NCBI GenBank assembly: GCA_900088475.1
Contig: FLMG01000436.1
Span: forward strand, 1-46,788
Reading direction: 5' to 3'
Length of the DNA stretch: 46,788 nt
DNA from: Hyphochytrium catenoides
Lineage: Eukaryota; Protista; Hyphochytriomycota
A program made the position numbers and the translations under genes. Position 1 is the first letter of the stretch. Every line of letters starts with the position of its first letter. Shown one piece after another: positions 11,331-23,002 of this stretch. Below the pieces are notes generated by a model. It made no database searches. It saw only the letters and a list, made by a program, of their open reading frames with translations, and was not told the DNA's origin.

Positions 11331-14300
11331 CTATTGCGGGTAGGTTGGAGCTGTGGAGCCGTCTACAGGGGCATGGGTATTACCCTCAGTGACCTTATGG
11401 CCCTGTCCTCCAATGTTCTGACCACACTCTGGGCAAGTGGACTTCTGCATTGGACCTCCACACTCCCCGACAGCGTACAAGTGCCCATCGGGACATCGGA
11501 ACCAGCCGCCAGACCGGATCTCACCTCTCATCGCTGCCACCACCTGGGCCAACTCCTCTTGCGTGACTCGACTTCTTCTTTCGAAGGAAGTTTTCATGCA
11601 CCCTTCCTCTCCTAGTAAGAGCTCGTCCCGTAGTCTTGCTTCGAACGCTTCGTAGCTGCCACACCGAGCAGGTAGTTGAATCAATTGAGACTCTGAGAGA
11701 AAGTGCACGTTCTCGTCAACGCTAGGGACCACGAAGACCTGGTGAAATGAGGAGGAAAGATGCGTGACAAGATGGCCAAACGATCTGCAAATCACCAGGC
11801 GCAGAGTAAGGTCAGACACGCGAGAGATCCACTCCATAAACCATCCCCGTAGCTTTTCCATGGCCATTCTATCAGCCCACGAGTCTTCGATAAAAGTGAT
11901 GCAGTCCTTGATCTCGGAGACATCCAAGTAATCGGTTCCAAAAAATAATAACTGAAGCTCCTTTCCAGTCATTGCGCCCACTTCTTCAGCTACGTTGAGC
12001 TTCAAAAAACCCTCCTGAAGCTTCTCCAATGAGCCTTGGCGTTGCCTAACCAGCCTGTGCCATATTGCCTCGCATATGACGCTTGCTTTATTCTCGTCCG
12101 TCACATTCTGTTCTGATAACGATCCCGTTAGCACCCCCACAGAGAAAGCATAATCTAGAGCATTCTGACGCCCACAGAGGATGTTTCGGTAGAGGATGGT
12201 GTCCTCCTCGCATGTCTCCAATAAATATGCTAGACAGATGTCTACGTCCGTTGGCTGTTTATTGTGGCCAAGAAGGAACCCCAACGAGGAACTGTTGAGG
12301 GTGATTGGCAGGCGGATCCCCTCGATCAGACACTTTGCCATCATGGTCCCAATAGTATAGAAGTCGTCTTGGTTGCCAGTGGCTGTGGGTAGGTAAGCTT
12401 TGCCTGTTGCTACAGCTATCTCCTCCCCACTAGAAGGCTCGTCCCATATTGTCTGCGTAAACAGCCCGTACTTTGGTCTCAGTATCTCACTGAAAAACTT
12501 TTCCATCATCTCTGCTAAGGGTCTTCGAACGCCACCGTCAGTAAGGATCTGAACAGGGCTGTGGATATCAATGATGGTAGAAAAGGCCCTTAAGAGGCTT
12601 CGGCAAAGTGCCTCGCTTTCATCTTCTACGTCTGTGATAGCTAGTCTCAGCTGTGTGGCTGGTGCTCTCTTCCGACTATTTGCAAGGCTCCGCATGACCA
12701 TTTTGACCTTGGCCACTGGATCGTACTTTGACGGTCGCCGCACCAGTAGCTCTTCCTGCAAGAGTTCTTGGGCTAGTAAGCGCTCTTCTGGCCTCAGACG
12801 TAGGAGCTGAGAGCAAATTCGTACATAGGCCTTCATATGTGCTTCTCGGAAGAAGTTACTGAGGATATTATAGTCGATGGCTGTAGGATCCATAAAGGCT
12901 AGACCGACCGTTCCTCGGAACTTGTCCGGAAACGCCTTAGGCAGGACTGGCAGCAGCGGCTCCAGCATCATACAACCCAACGACCACATGTCCAGGGCAA
13001 ACGGATGCTCTCGCCATGTCCCATCTTGAGCTTCGGGAGCTCCATAACCGAGTGTCAGGGCGCCATGTAAGGTCGTTGTCAGGGTGACTGCCTTATCGAT
13101 GTCTAAGCTAATTCCAAAGTCACACAAAGCGATTCTAGCTGAATCACTCAACAGAATGTTTTCTGGCTTAAGATCTCGGTGCACGATGCCTTTGGCATGA
13201 ATGTGTGCGAGAGCTTGAGCTATTTGATGGATAGTAGTTTGCAGCTGGAGCCACTCCTCGCCTTCTTCTGCAAAAGTATTGAACCGCTCTACGTGGCTCT
13301 GCAGCCCTGTCACCCACCGCCGCAAGTTGCCCTTCTCATAGAACGGCATCTGAATATAAGTAATGGTCTCTGGGTCGTTAATGTCAAGAAAGATACGCCT
13401 AATAGGGACCACGAGGGGATGCTTGAGATTGCATAACCGCTCAGCTTCTTTCCTGAACCCCTTCCGTCCAAGCAACTTCTTGATGACACAGAGTTGGCCA
13501 TCGCGATCCTTCATAACCTGCACGTTCGGACCTAAGTTACCGACCTCGACAGGCTCATAGTCCCTAATAGTGACACTTAAGTCCAGCGCCTTTGCTGCAA
13601 GTCCAGAGGGCAAGGCGCCAGCCACAGAGAGGGACTTCGGGTCGTCTGATAGAAGCTCCGGAAAGTGCTCAGGCACCCTCTTGTCTGACAGAATACTAGC
13701 AAGTTTGGCAGCCCGCTCCTGAAGTCCTTTCAAAGCATATTCTTTCTCTTTTTTCACTTCTTGGAGCTTCAATGCTCTTTGAGCATCATCCTCTTCCGCA
13801 ATTTCAATCTCGGTGTTGAGCCGCTTGATATCGTTGCGCAGTGGCTATGCTTGAGACTCAAGCTCCGCTCTCTCGGCTTTAGCCTTTGCTGCTCTGATGC
13901 CCAGATATTCTATGTCTTTCCATAGTTGGATGTTCTTCTCAAGCTCCAAGATGTCGGCACTGCGCTTTGGTTGGGCTACCTGGGAAAGAAAAGATTCCGA
14001 TGACGCTATCTCCCGAAGCCTGAGAAAGTATGAATCCATCCTCTGATGCATGGCCCTGAGACGGCTCTGGAAAGAAGTTCTCATCTCTTCTAACTCTTTT
14101 TGGAGCTGTGAATGTGTGGCCACTGTTCCCGCCATCTCCTGCAACTCAGGCAGGGCTAGAAGGACTTTATACCATGTCGTCTTCTTCAGCTTTGGCTGCT
14201 TGCTCTGCCAGAGGGTAAACTGTTTGTCAAGAGATTGCCACCTATCCATGCTCGGAATGTAGTTGTCAGCCAGCTCGTTCAGCAGCTGATCAAGCAGCTG

Positions 14301-17189
14301 CTTGACATTGTGTTGCCCCTGATCATAGCAGCGTTAGCCTAGCAGGAACTACTACATAATTTATCAGACAATGGCACACGCTACCTTCTGAGCAGATAGT
14401 GATGGAGGTAGAACCATAGAGGCCGTGGCAGCCAGAACGTGATTCTTGATATTCTTACGCAACTCATAGCTGTTTTCGCCCGCTCTCAGTAAGCTCAGCT
14501 GCTCTTCAAAGCTGCTAAGCAGCTGGCTCCGCTTTTCGTTCCGAATACTTACTTTACTCCCATCGCTAGGATCCTTCTTAGCTTCTGCAGATAGTCGCTT
14601 CACATCTTGAGTCAGCGCTAATGTTCTCTTGCTCCCCTGTTGCGCCTTAAGTTCATTACCCTCCAAGCGATCAAGAAGATCTCCGGTACCATCTAATGTC
14701 TCTGATAAGTGAAGCTTAACACATAGCTTTTCAATAGCCGTGAGGACGGGCTTATGCACCTTATCAGACAGGTGGAGCCCTATAGTACGCTTCATGATGT
14801 CTTGGAATATTTGATCTGGACGAAGGCTCTCAATTACCTCCGCCGTCTCCACGTCTGGCTCCACCGTAGCCCCTCCTGCACTTATGCGTTGCGGTGGGCT
14901 AGCCTGTTTGCCCGCTGCCCTGTTGTTCTCTTGCTGATCTATGTCACGCCATACCACTGCTAAGCTTTGAATCAAATCGCTGTGACCCTTCAGTATCTTC
15001 ACACATTCTTTCGAGTCCAGGTCCCAGATAGAGATCGAGTTGGCGCCGGATCCCGAGATGACCGTCTTACAATCTAGCGAGACTATGACCGTGTACACAC
15101 GGCCTCCACTTCCTAAGAGTGTAGCCTTGCAAGCCCCAGTGGTGAGGTCCCATACCCGAATGGTCTTATCCCAGGAGCCTGAGATTATAGTGGTGCAGTC
15201 CTGTGAGATGGTGACGCTGCGGACGGTATCAGTATGACCTCGGAGAACGTGCAAACAATGCCCGGAGTGTGTGTCCCAGACTCTAATTGTCCTATCTCTA
15301 GAACCGGACACCGCCGTCTGACCATTCAAAGAGATAGCCACGCTATAGATAATGTTCCTATGACCATGTAAGGGTGTCACGCACGCCTGGAGGTCTAGAT
15401 CCCAAACACGAACTGTCTTGTCTCCAGACCCAGAAACCACCTTCTTGCCGTTGACAGAGGCAGCGACGCTGTAAACTATCCCTTGATGGCCTTCCAAAAT
15501 TATTATGCACCTTCGTGACTCCAGATCCCACACCCAGATTGTTCCATCGTAACAACCTGAGATCAGCTGTCTGCCATCCGGAGATATGACGACGCAGACG
15601 ACTCCAGTGTTATGTCCTTGTAGGGTCTTCACACAGGATCCGGATTGAAGATCAAAGCATCTAACTTCCTTTCCTGTGGAGTTGGAGGCCACTAGCTTCC
15701 CATCAGGAGAGACTGACACATTTCCAGCCATATCGCTTTGTCCCTGTAAGGTCTTCAGGCACACTCCAGAAACGAAATCCCAGACGCGAATGGTCTTATC
15801 CCATGATCCTGAGACTATCGTGGCTCCACGTAGTTGCAATTCAGCTCCACTCTCTTTGAAAGTGTTTGAAGCAGTAGCAAGATTGAGGCCATCGATATCT
15901 ATGAAAGCAGCAGAAGCGATAGAGAAGGTAGTATTAGAAACGCTAGGCCTAACTGCTTCACAAGCGGGGCATTCCCTTTGGTGTGCGTTATTCCCGCACA
16001 GACAGAGCGTGCACTGCCAATCCTCCTTACTCCTCACAAGGGGCGTTGACAGACCCAGCGTTGATTTATCCGATTCAGCGTCAGTGCTCGAAGGAGCTGT
16101 AGGAAGCGGTGCGGGTCTGGGCTCTGAGGCGACTAGTGCCTTAGTGGCAGTATCAAACAGCAATGTAGGCATAACTACTGCGTCCTTTAGTGTTGGCTTA
16201 CGAGGTGCCTGAAATCCGCTCATCGCGACGCTCTCGACAGATGTGCTGTGACCTTCCAGGACCTTCACACACACCTCAGACTTCAAATCCCATATCCGGA
16301 GGGTCTTATCCTTAGATCCAGAGACCAGACTTCCACCATCGGGCGAGATAGCTATGGTCCAAACCTCCAGAGTGTGCCCTAGCAAGGTCCTCATACAGAC
16401 GCCGGAGTCCAGGTCCCAGACGCGGATCGTCATGTCCATAGAGCCCGAAAGCACTTTTGTTCCATCTGGCGAGATAGCCACAGCGGAGACTGTCTCCGTA
16501 TGCCCTTCTAGAGTTTTCAAGGAGATCCCAGAGGCCAAATCCCATATGCGCCCTGTCTTATCTACGGAGCCTGAAACCACCTTTGTCCCATCAGGCGATA
16601 TGGCAAGGGTCCAAACCGTTAGGCTATGTCCTTGCAGAGTCTTCACGCAGGCTCCAGCCTCAAGATCCCAGAGACGGATCGTACTGTCCAACGAACCTGA
16701 GACAAGCGTCTTTCCATCTGGGGAGATAGTCACGACACGGACGATCTTAGAATGCCCGAGCAGCGTTTTCAAACAAATCCCTGACTCCAAATCCCAAACA
16801 CATATTCCGTCATCTCCAGAGGCAGTCACCACTCTTTTGCCATCAGGTGATATAGCGACGCTGCGGACACCGGTGGTACGGCCCTGCAGCGTTCTAAGGC
16901 ATGCACCAGAACTCAACTCCCAGACACGTATTGTCTCGTCCCAGGAGCCGGAAACTACCTTCTTACCATCATTCGAAATAGCGACGCTACTCACAAACTC
17001 AGAATGGCCTTGCAGGATCCTCAGGCAGACCCCAGTGAGCACATCCCAGACTCGGATTTCACCATCTTCAGAGCCCGACACCACTATCAGGCCTCCATCG
17101 TCTTGGTGGCGCGACCCCTTCTCCGTCAGTGCACCACCGGTGGTCCCTACCTTCTCTTCCTCTCGACCAAGATGCTCGTCAGCTTGCAT
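11331..17189 (-). CDS. WD40(7)-RanBP2 ZnF-WD40(7)-coiled coil-Ser/Thr kinase-HECT-like-RZ finger protein; exons 14385-17189 and 11331-14318; one in-frame TAG at 13845-13847 (possible recent pseudogene allele)
   Basis: ORFs 14364-17321, 13845-14249 and 11331-13772 share one frame. A 66-nt GT-AG intron joins the first two and only a single TAG separates the last two. Motifs: GH..WD repeats; WQCTLCLCGNNAHQRECPAC; VIKK, HRDLKPEN, DFG, APE; DGG..FF..PKYGLF, VTDENK, ELQLLFFG; WFRCPDGHLYAVGECGGPMQKSTCPECGQNIGG. The true start may lie further upstream. Confidence 0.85.
14319..14384 (-). other. 66-nt spliceosomal intron
   Basis: AAG|GTAGCG...GCTAAC...ATCAG|GGG; removes in-frame TGA/TAA and gives ...LSAQK-GQHNVKQLLDQ... 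Confidence 0.85.
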
Positions 17190-18730
17190 TCTAGTAATGA
17201 ACGCGCTACTATTCTCTAAGCGCTCAAACCTTCTGTAGTGATGACACACGGCTTGCGAGGATGACGCCTGGAAGGGACAAGATCTAAAAGAAGGAGGCGA
17301 AAGCGGACGACAGAGGCCCAACTACTATCTCATACTGCGGAAAGTGTGTTGTTACTGTTTGTGATATCTTTTGATGTTGCCCCGAATGTCCGTTACAACG
17401 TAGTGACCTTTGTGTATTATAAGGTGAAAGAGGAAGTCGTACTTCTGAAAAAGACAGATTTTTGCTCGCTTTGCTAGTCTCCACTATGGAGCTCGAGGTG
17501 GCTGATGAGCCTAGGCACAAAACTAAAAAACTAACTGCCCATGATGAAGGCTCTGCGTGATGAAGTGATAAAGTGTGTGGATGCGTTCAGATTGGTACTA
17601 TGATGCGGGGGGCAAGGGGTTCCTTGAAGATAGCACTTTCGATCGGTAACAAGTAGTCAGCTAATAACAGGGAGCGCAACTCAACAATCATACGATGGTC
17701 AGAAGAGATTTCTTCTAGACGACGTCTGCTATATCTTGTGAGAGTGAGCCCGCCGCCTGGCTCCGGAGGGGCTCTAGTGACTTAGAGGCCTGTCACGGTA
17801 TCTAATCTTTTCTTCTAGAGCAGGCTAACTCTCAGCCTCCCTTAGCTGACCGAATACTCTTCCGTCCACCGATATTAGCCTTATCCGTTCAGGCCAACTT
17901 CTTTCTCCTGCAGCCACTTCGCTTCCTATTTTCACCTCTGCGTCTTCTTGTTATGGCGCTCATTGGTACGGGGCTAACCGTTTTTTCACCTCCTATAAAT
18001 TTTAGACCAAGGGCCGCATCTTCTTCAGAGAAGAGATTATTGCTGACAACTGGATGTTGTCACCGCAGCTTGGTGACCGACGAGCCATTTTAAAGACGCA
18101 GTTCTAGTAGCACTCTATCCGTTACGCCGCTCCTCACATCCGTCAAACTCTGCATCTTCTTGAGCGAAGGAGGAGAAAGAGGTATCACTGACTACGACGA
18201 AGTTGTTGGACTGGCGCGTTAGACTAGGATACTGAATTTTTCTTTTGAACCTCCAACTGTCGAATTCTTTTACGGAGTATCATACATCAAGGAGCGCAGC
18301 CCCTATTTGCTGCCAATCGCCTACGAGTGACTATACTTTATGCACAGCGTGGCTCTCGCTTCCTTGGCCCTCGTTGAGCATCCCGAGACCGTTTATCAGG
18401 CATCATCATCTGCCAGATGTCGCTCGTCCTTACATTTTAATCTTCCTCTCTCACCTCCATGCTCCTCCCCGTATGTGTTGCTGTAAGTCTGCAATACTAC
18501 GACGCTTTGGCTGCTGCGTTGCACTGGGGATGCTATCGCTTGTGTCTACCAACCGATCCCCTAGAAGGATACCGTCGATTGACTCTTTCAGGGGCCATAA
18601 AGTCGAAATGGTGATTTATAAAGACAGCGGTAAAGGCAGAGAGACCTCCAACAGTTAACCCTCACTGCTAATGACGCTATCACGTAGTGATTTTTCTCGC
18701 TCTACAATTGTTCCTGCCTCATCGCATTGT

Positions 18731-19685
18731 TATGGTTATTACTTACTGCGCCTCATGACGTACTACTATCAAAGAGGGTCGTCTACAGTGGCTTGAACGA
18801 TAATGATTGACAGTCTTTGACTAGTCCTCTGGCCCTTGTATCTGCGGGTTGACGCTCAATAGAACTGTCGGTTTGGACCTACAAAGATCAAATAAGGAAA
18901 AATCTTCGGCTCACATTATGTCCTTAGTGGCACTAGTACCGGGGGTCACAAGACAAATCACACCAGCGAGGGAGATCACTCTCCAGTCAGGAATTGCTGC
19001 GGTCGCGAGAGGTTCTTTTGAAGCGTAAGCCTATACTCTGCCTGGTTATGCCCTGATACAAACAGGGACTCCTGAAGGCTGACCCTCTATGTAATAAGGA
19101 GTCACGGTTCAACATCAATGAAGTGGAACAAGAAAATGAGACGTGTGATTTATTATTGTCCAATCCTTCGATTAGCTTCAAAGAGACAAAGTCAAAGTGC
19201 AAAGAATGCAAAGAAATGCTTTGAGGCACCAGCAGGCAGCAGGGGCCTGCTAACTGACTGCCCTGAGCGCAAGTACATGCGCTGCCCCGTAAGGGGGGAT
19301 GTGCCTGGCCTCAGGTAACTTAGAGAGTGAGGCCAGGTCCATCCTCCGCAGCCCAGGAAACCTTAACATCCTACGGATATTCTACCTTCGTCCCACTATA
19401 ATGGTTATTACTTGCGCTGCTCCAACTATCAAAGAGCTCGCTGTCTAGCATCGCTTCACAGCCCGGACAATAGCTGACCAGTCTCCCTGGCCCTTGTACT
19501 TTATGCACCCGTTGACGCCCAGCAGCATTGCCAATTTGGACATATGTAGAAAAACAAAGGAGCTTTTCAGCTCAGATTTGTGTGCAGTGGCACTAGGGCC
19601 GAGATCGCACGCTTCACAAAGGATAACTTGGGGAGCTAGAGGGTTGAAGCGTAAGCCATTGCGTAATCCCTATTGGCTATTCCCT
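18731..19685. repeat. Two diverged near-tandem copies (about 18731-19055 and 19400-19685) of a degenerate repeat; a third copy lies at about 30730-30925
   Basis: Shared blocks in the same order: atggttattactt, ctatcaaagag, ctggcccttgta, tttggac, aagcgtaagcc. Confidence 0.7.
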
Positions 19686-19879
19686 CTCGTCATCGAATCA
19701 GGTGCGTCCTCCTCAGTATCCAACGCATCTCACTGTTCTGGTTGACCAGTGGTTGATGTAAGGAACGGGCAAGCACCTATGTGTCACTTTGCTGACTCCA
19801 CCTCTCTTGCCTCATTACCTCTCTCTACGTACATCTTTCTCCCAACAATAATTGCGCAGTCTGGCAGGCTCCGAAGTCC

Positions 19880-21020
19880 GATACCCATCGCAAGAGGGCA
19901 ACGAGCCGTCATATTTGCGACCCTTTGCAGGCTGTGGCTTCCTCTTGTGTGTGTGTCTCTCTCTCTTCTCTCAGAGAAGTAAAGTCTCTTTCCCTCTTCT
20001 CTGTCTCTCTGTCTCTCTCAATACAGTGGATGTCCCCGAGCCGTGCAACTGTCTCTCCGTCTCTCTGTGGCCCGGGAGGAGAGAGACCAATGGGAGCCTC
20101 TCGCTCTCGTTTGTCAGCGATTCATGAGCTCTATCGCAGATCCATACTTCACCACGAGAGTAAGAATTGCTACCGTGGTTATAAAGGAACGGCTGCTTTC
20201 TCCAGAGAGCGTCATCGTCACTGGAATTTCATCCTTCTCGCCCTATTGGCTGCTGTTCGTACCCTATTTCAAAATACCTTTCCAGCTCTGCGGCACTTTG
20301 ATGTCTTCTAGTGCTCGGTGGAAGAGGGCTTGCCTGTCATCCACTACTACGTACTGGCTACTACGTAGAGCACCGGGGCAAGTGTCATAGGTTTGCGCTA
20401 TGTGCTGACGTTCGTGGGACTCGTACCACATTGCCTGAAGGTTAACCTTGGCTGACAGTTTTACATTACGTAGCAACTCTAAGAGCAGCAACAAGAGAAG
20501 TCGTGGGCGCTCTCATGTTCTGTTCCTGCACATCCTTGCCTCTTCTTCTCCAGCTAACAGATCGTTAGAGATGCAATGTGGCCAGTAGTACCGCTTCTGA
20601 TCGCTTTCCTTTCGCGTGAATTTTGGATAGCACACCTCAGATCAACTACGACTCGTCCGTGAATCCACCTCAAAGCTCCGCTACATAGTCTGGTGGGCCG
20701 AGCTCTTGAGAGGAGAAACCACCATATTGCGCAAGCTATGGCACACTATTCCACCTCGTCCCTGGGTCCTCGCCCATCGATTGTCGCCTCACCTCGCCAG
20801 GAGGTTCTTACTGAGCACTCACCTTCGATGGCAGAAAATTAACTTAGCAGGTACTCATCTTTACTAGACCTTGCCTTTTCAGAAGTATCAAGGCCAAGAT
20901 CTTAGTCTCTGCCCTTGCTCGTGCCAACTTGGTCTCGTATTAGGAAAGTAGCTCTCATTTTTTTAGACCCTCGATGGGAAGAAAGGGCCATCGTCACCCT
21001 CCTCGCAGTTATTGGTTCTT
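19880..21020. repeat. Dispersed repeat of about 1.2 kb, copy 2 (same orientation as 9115-10320)
   Basis: Colinear match to 9115-10320. Confidence 0.9.
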
Positions 21021-22477
21021 CAGTGCATTTACTCTGTTCTCGCATTGATAGTTGAGGCCGCCACGGAGAGTTGCAAAAAGTCCCGTGTCCGACGCAAACG
21101 ATGATTGGGCCAAGATGATAGTTGAGATGCTATCGCCTTACCCTCTCTACGTAGGCTGACTCTCTTGCAAGAAAGACTCTTCTCTTACCCTCTATACATT
21201 TATTCAATAAACTTCCTTTTCCTGTAGGAGGTGCTTGTTGTCTCAACCGAAGCTTGGCCAGCCAAGATAAGGACAAAAAGCACTTTCATTCTCACTCGAT
21301 TCCCGTTCACTAGGAAGCTCCTACGGAGCAGTCGAAGGAGATGCTACTACCTGAGGACGATGGAAGTAAAGATGTAAGAGAGTTGACCAAAGAATTAGGT
21401 TGCGCCTTCTCCAGTCGTTCGTTACGCTGGAATGCAAATGATTGTTATACTCTGTCTCCCGTGGCATCCTTTCTAAGAGTCATTCCACCGCCGGAGTTCC
21501 CAACAAATGCCCATATTCCCGTGGGTACAGAGAAAACAGGAGCCTGGAGAGGAGGTGCCAGATCTAGCGCCCTCTCACATGAGCCTATCGCTGGACACAC
21601 CTGGTTCCGTCAACCTTTTTTGCTTCCGAGGTCTCTTCACGGGCTACAAGTTCTCCAACAGCCTTTTGACCTTAAGAGCTGTTGGATTATGTCTGTCGTC
21701 GAGCGTGAGACCACCGATACAATAAGCTGGCCATAGCCCACCAAGTCCTTCAACTGCAGCACTGCTGAGCCAGTGATTGCTCTTGTCTATCATCATTTAG
21801 ACGCCAACATACTAGCAGAGTCAATGACGGTCAGCAAGGTCATCACAAGGGCAGTGTCATAAGCGCCACTCGGTACAACGTGATGTGCACTGAAAACCTT
21901 TCTGTCCACTTGGCAACTTCGCAAACTCCGCAGGAGTAAGCTCATACCAGCACTGCCAAAGTGACCCTGTAGACATGGGGACCGTGTACGGTCAGACACT
22001 CCTGCAGCATGTTTCAAAAGAGCTTTCTCTCAGTAATAGTACCTACCAGTGAGAAGGCAACTTTTCTCCGCAGCAGCAGATCATTGCCCTTTCATAGGAG
22101 GGGATTGGCGGGTGTGGAGAGTTAGCCGCTCTTGACAAGCAAAGGAGTATGCTTAGCTATTGCCAACAGCGAAAGGCAGGAACTAGTGGGGCTAACACTG
22201 GCTTCTATTATTACCCAGCGAGAAAAGCTAAGAAGTGCTAAGGTAAGAAGAACAGGATGCACGTGGAAGCATGCCAAGATGCGTAGTATCACAATCAGAC
22301 CGATTATGCTAAGTCATAGTTGTAAGAAGAGCTCATCCGCTGGAAGAGTCCTCTAAAGGAAAAACCGAGGGGAGGTACTAGAACATATAACACGGGCGAA
22401 CCTGTACAGCCGAGCTAAGGTCAGACGTCCTCCCTGCACCTCAGTATGGCGCTTTGGTTGTTGGTTCGTTGTTGAGA

Positions 22478-23002
22478 CTAATTGGTTCCTGCACCATTTC
22501 TCATGGCAGCAGTGGACCGGCGGACCAGAGCCAAGACGGCTATCATCCACGAGAGAATGTCCCCCACGGTGCATAGCATTAACATGATGTTAATGCGTCC
22601 AACCAATGCGTCATTATTAGGTGGAGGAGTTGCCTTATGGTTTCCGCTGAACTGCCCTTCCCCGACCGTCACAACAGCACCGGTTAGCCCTCCGTAAAGC
22701 CAAGGAAGTACATTCATCCAGGCCCCAAGGTTGGCACTAGCTTCAAAGAAGAAGCGAGTTGCCGCTCCTATCTCCAGAAAGGGGAGGATTAGCGCCATAA
22801 CGGCCAGCATCAATCCATTCTGTGCGGCCTGAAGGTGTAGTGTGTACATGTGCCTAGTACCGGGAAACCAGTGTTTGTTGAAGTGGAAGAGCGGAACCGC
22901 AGGGATGAGTCCAAAGAAAAGAAACATCAGGCTGCTGCTTAGAAGCAGTCGCGTTTGAACGGCAGTACCGTTGTAATGGTTCTTGAGAAACAAGTTCACC
23001 AT
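22478..23002 (-). CDS. Styrene oxide isomerase (StyC)-like small 4-TM membrane protein
   Basis: 174 aa with four hydrophobic segments; LHLQAAQNGLMLAVMALILPFL and LGAWMNV resemble StyC AHSGPALNGMMVIAVAFVLPSL and LDGWSNV (recalled sequence). Confidence 0.7.
   Translation of the reverse strand: MVNLFLKNHYNGTAVQTRLLLSSSLMFLFFGLIPAVPLFHFNKHWFPGTRHMYTLHLQAAQNGLMLAVMALILPFLEIGAATRFFFEASANLGAWMNVLPWLYGGLTGAVVTVGEGQFSGNHKATPPPNNDALVGRINIMLMLCTVGDILSWMIAVLALVRRSTAAMRNGAGTN

Noticed and set aside
11331-14249. Alternative genetic code with TAG as a sense codon
   Set aside because: TAG terminates this gene, sits at the same position in its remnant and ends the 6088 ORF; the other long genes contain no internal TAG
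16354-17238. Long + strand ORFs opposite the WD40 repeats (also 15676-16212, 1399-1983, 2073-2849, 36459-37259)
   Set aside because: Antisense shadows of real genes with no independent motifs
17268-17542. Extra 5' exons giving an MGSSSA... myristoylation-like start for the WD40 gene
   Set aside because: Requires a 25-nt intron, much shorter than the two supported introns; cannot be supported without RNA data
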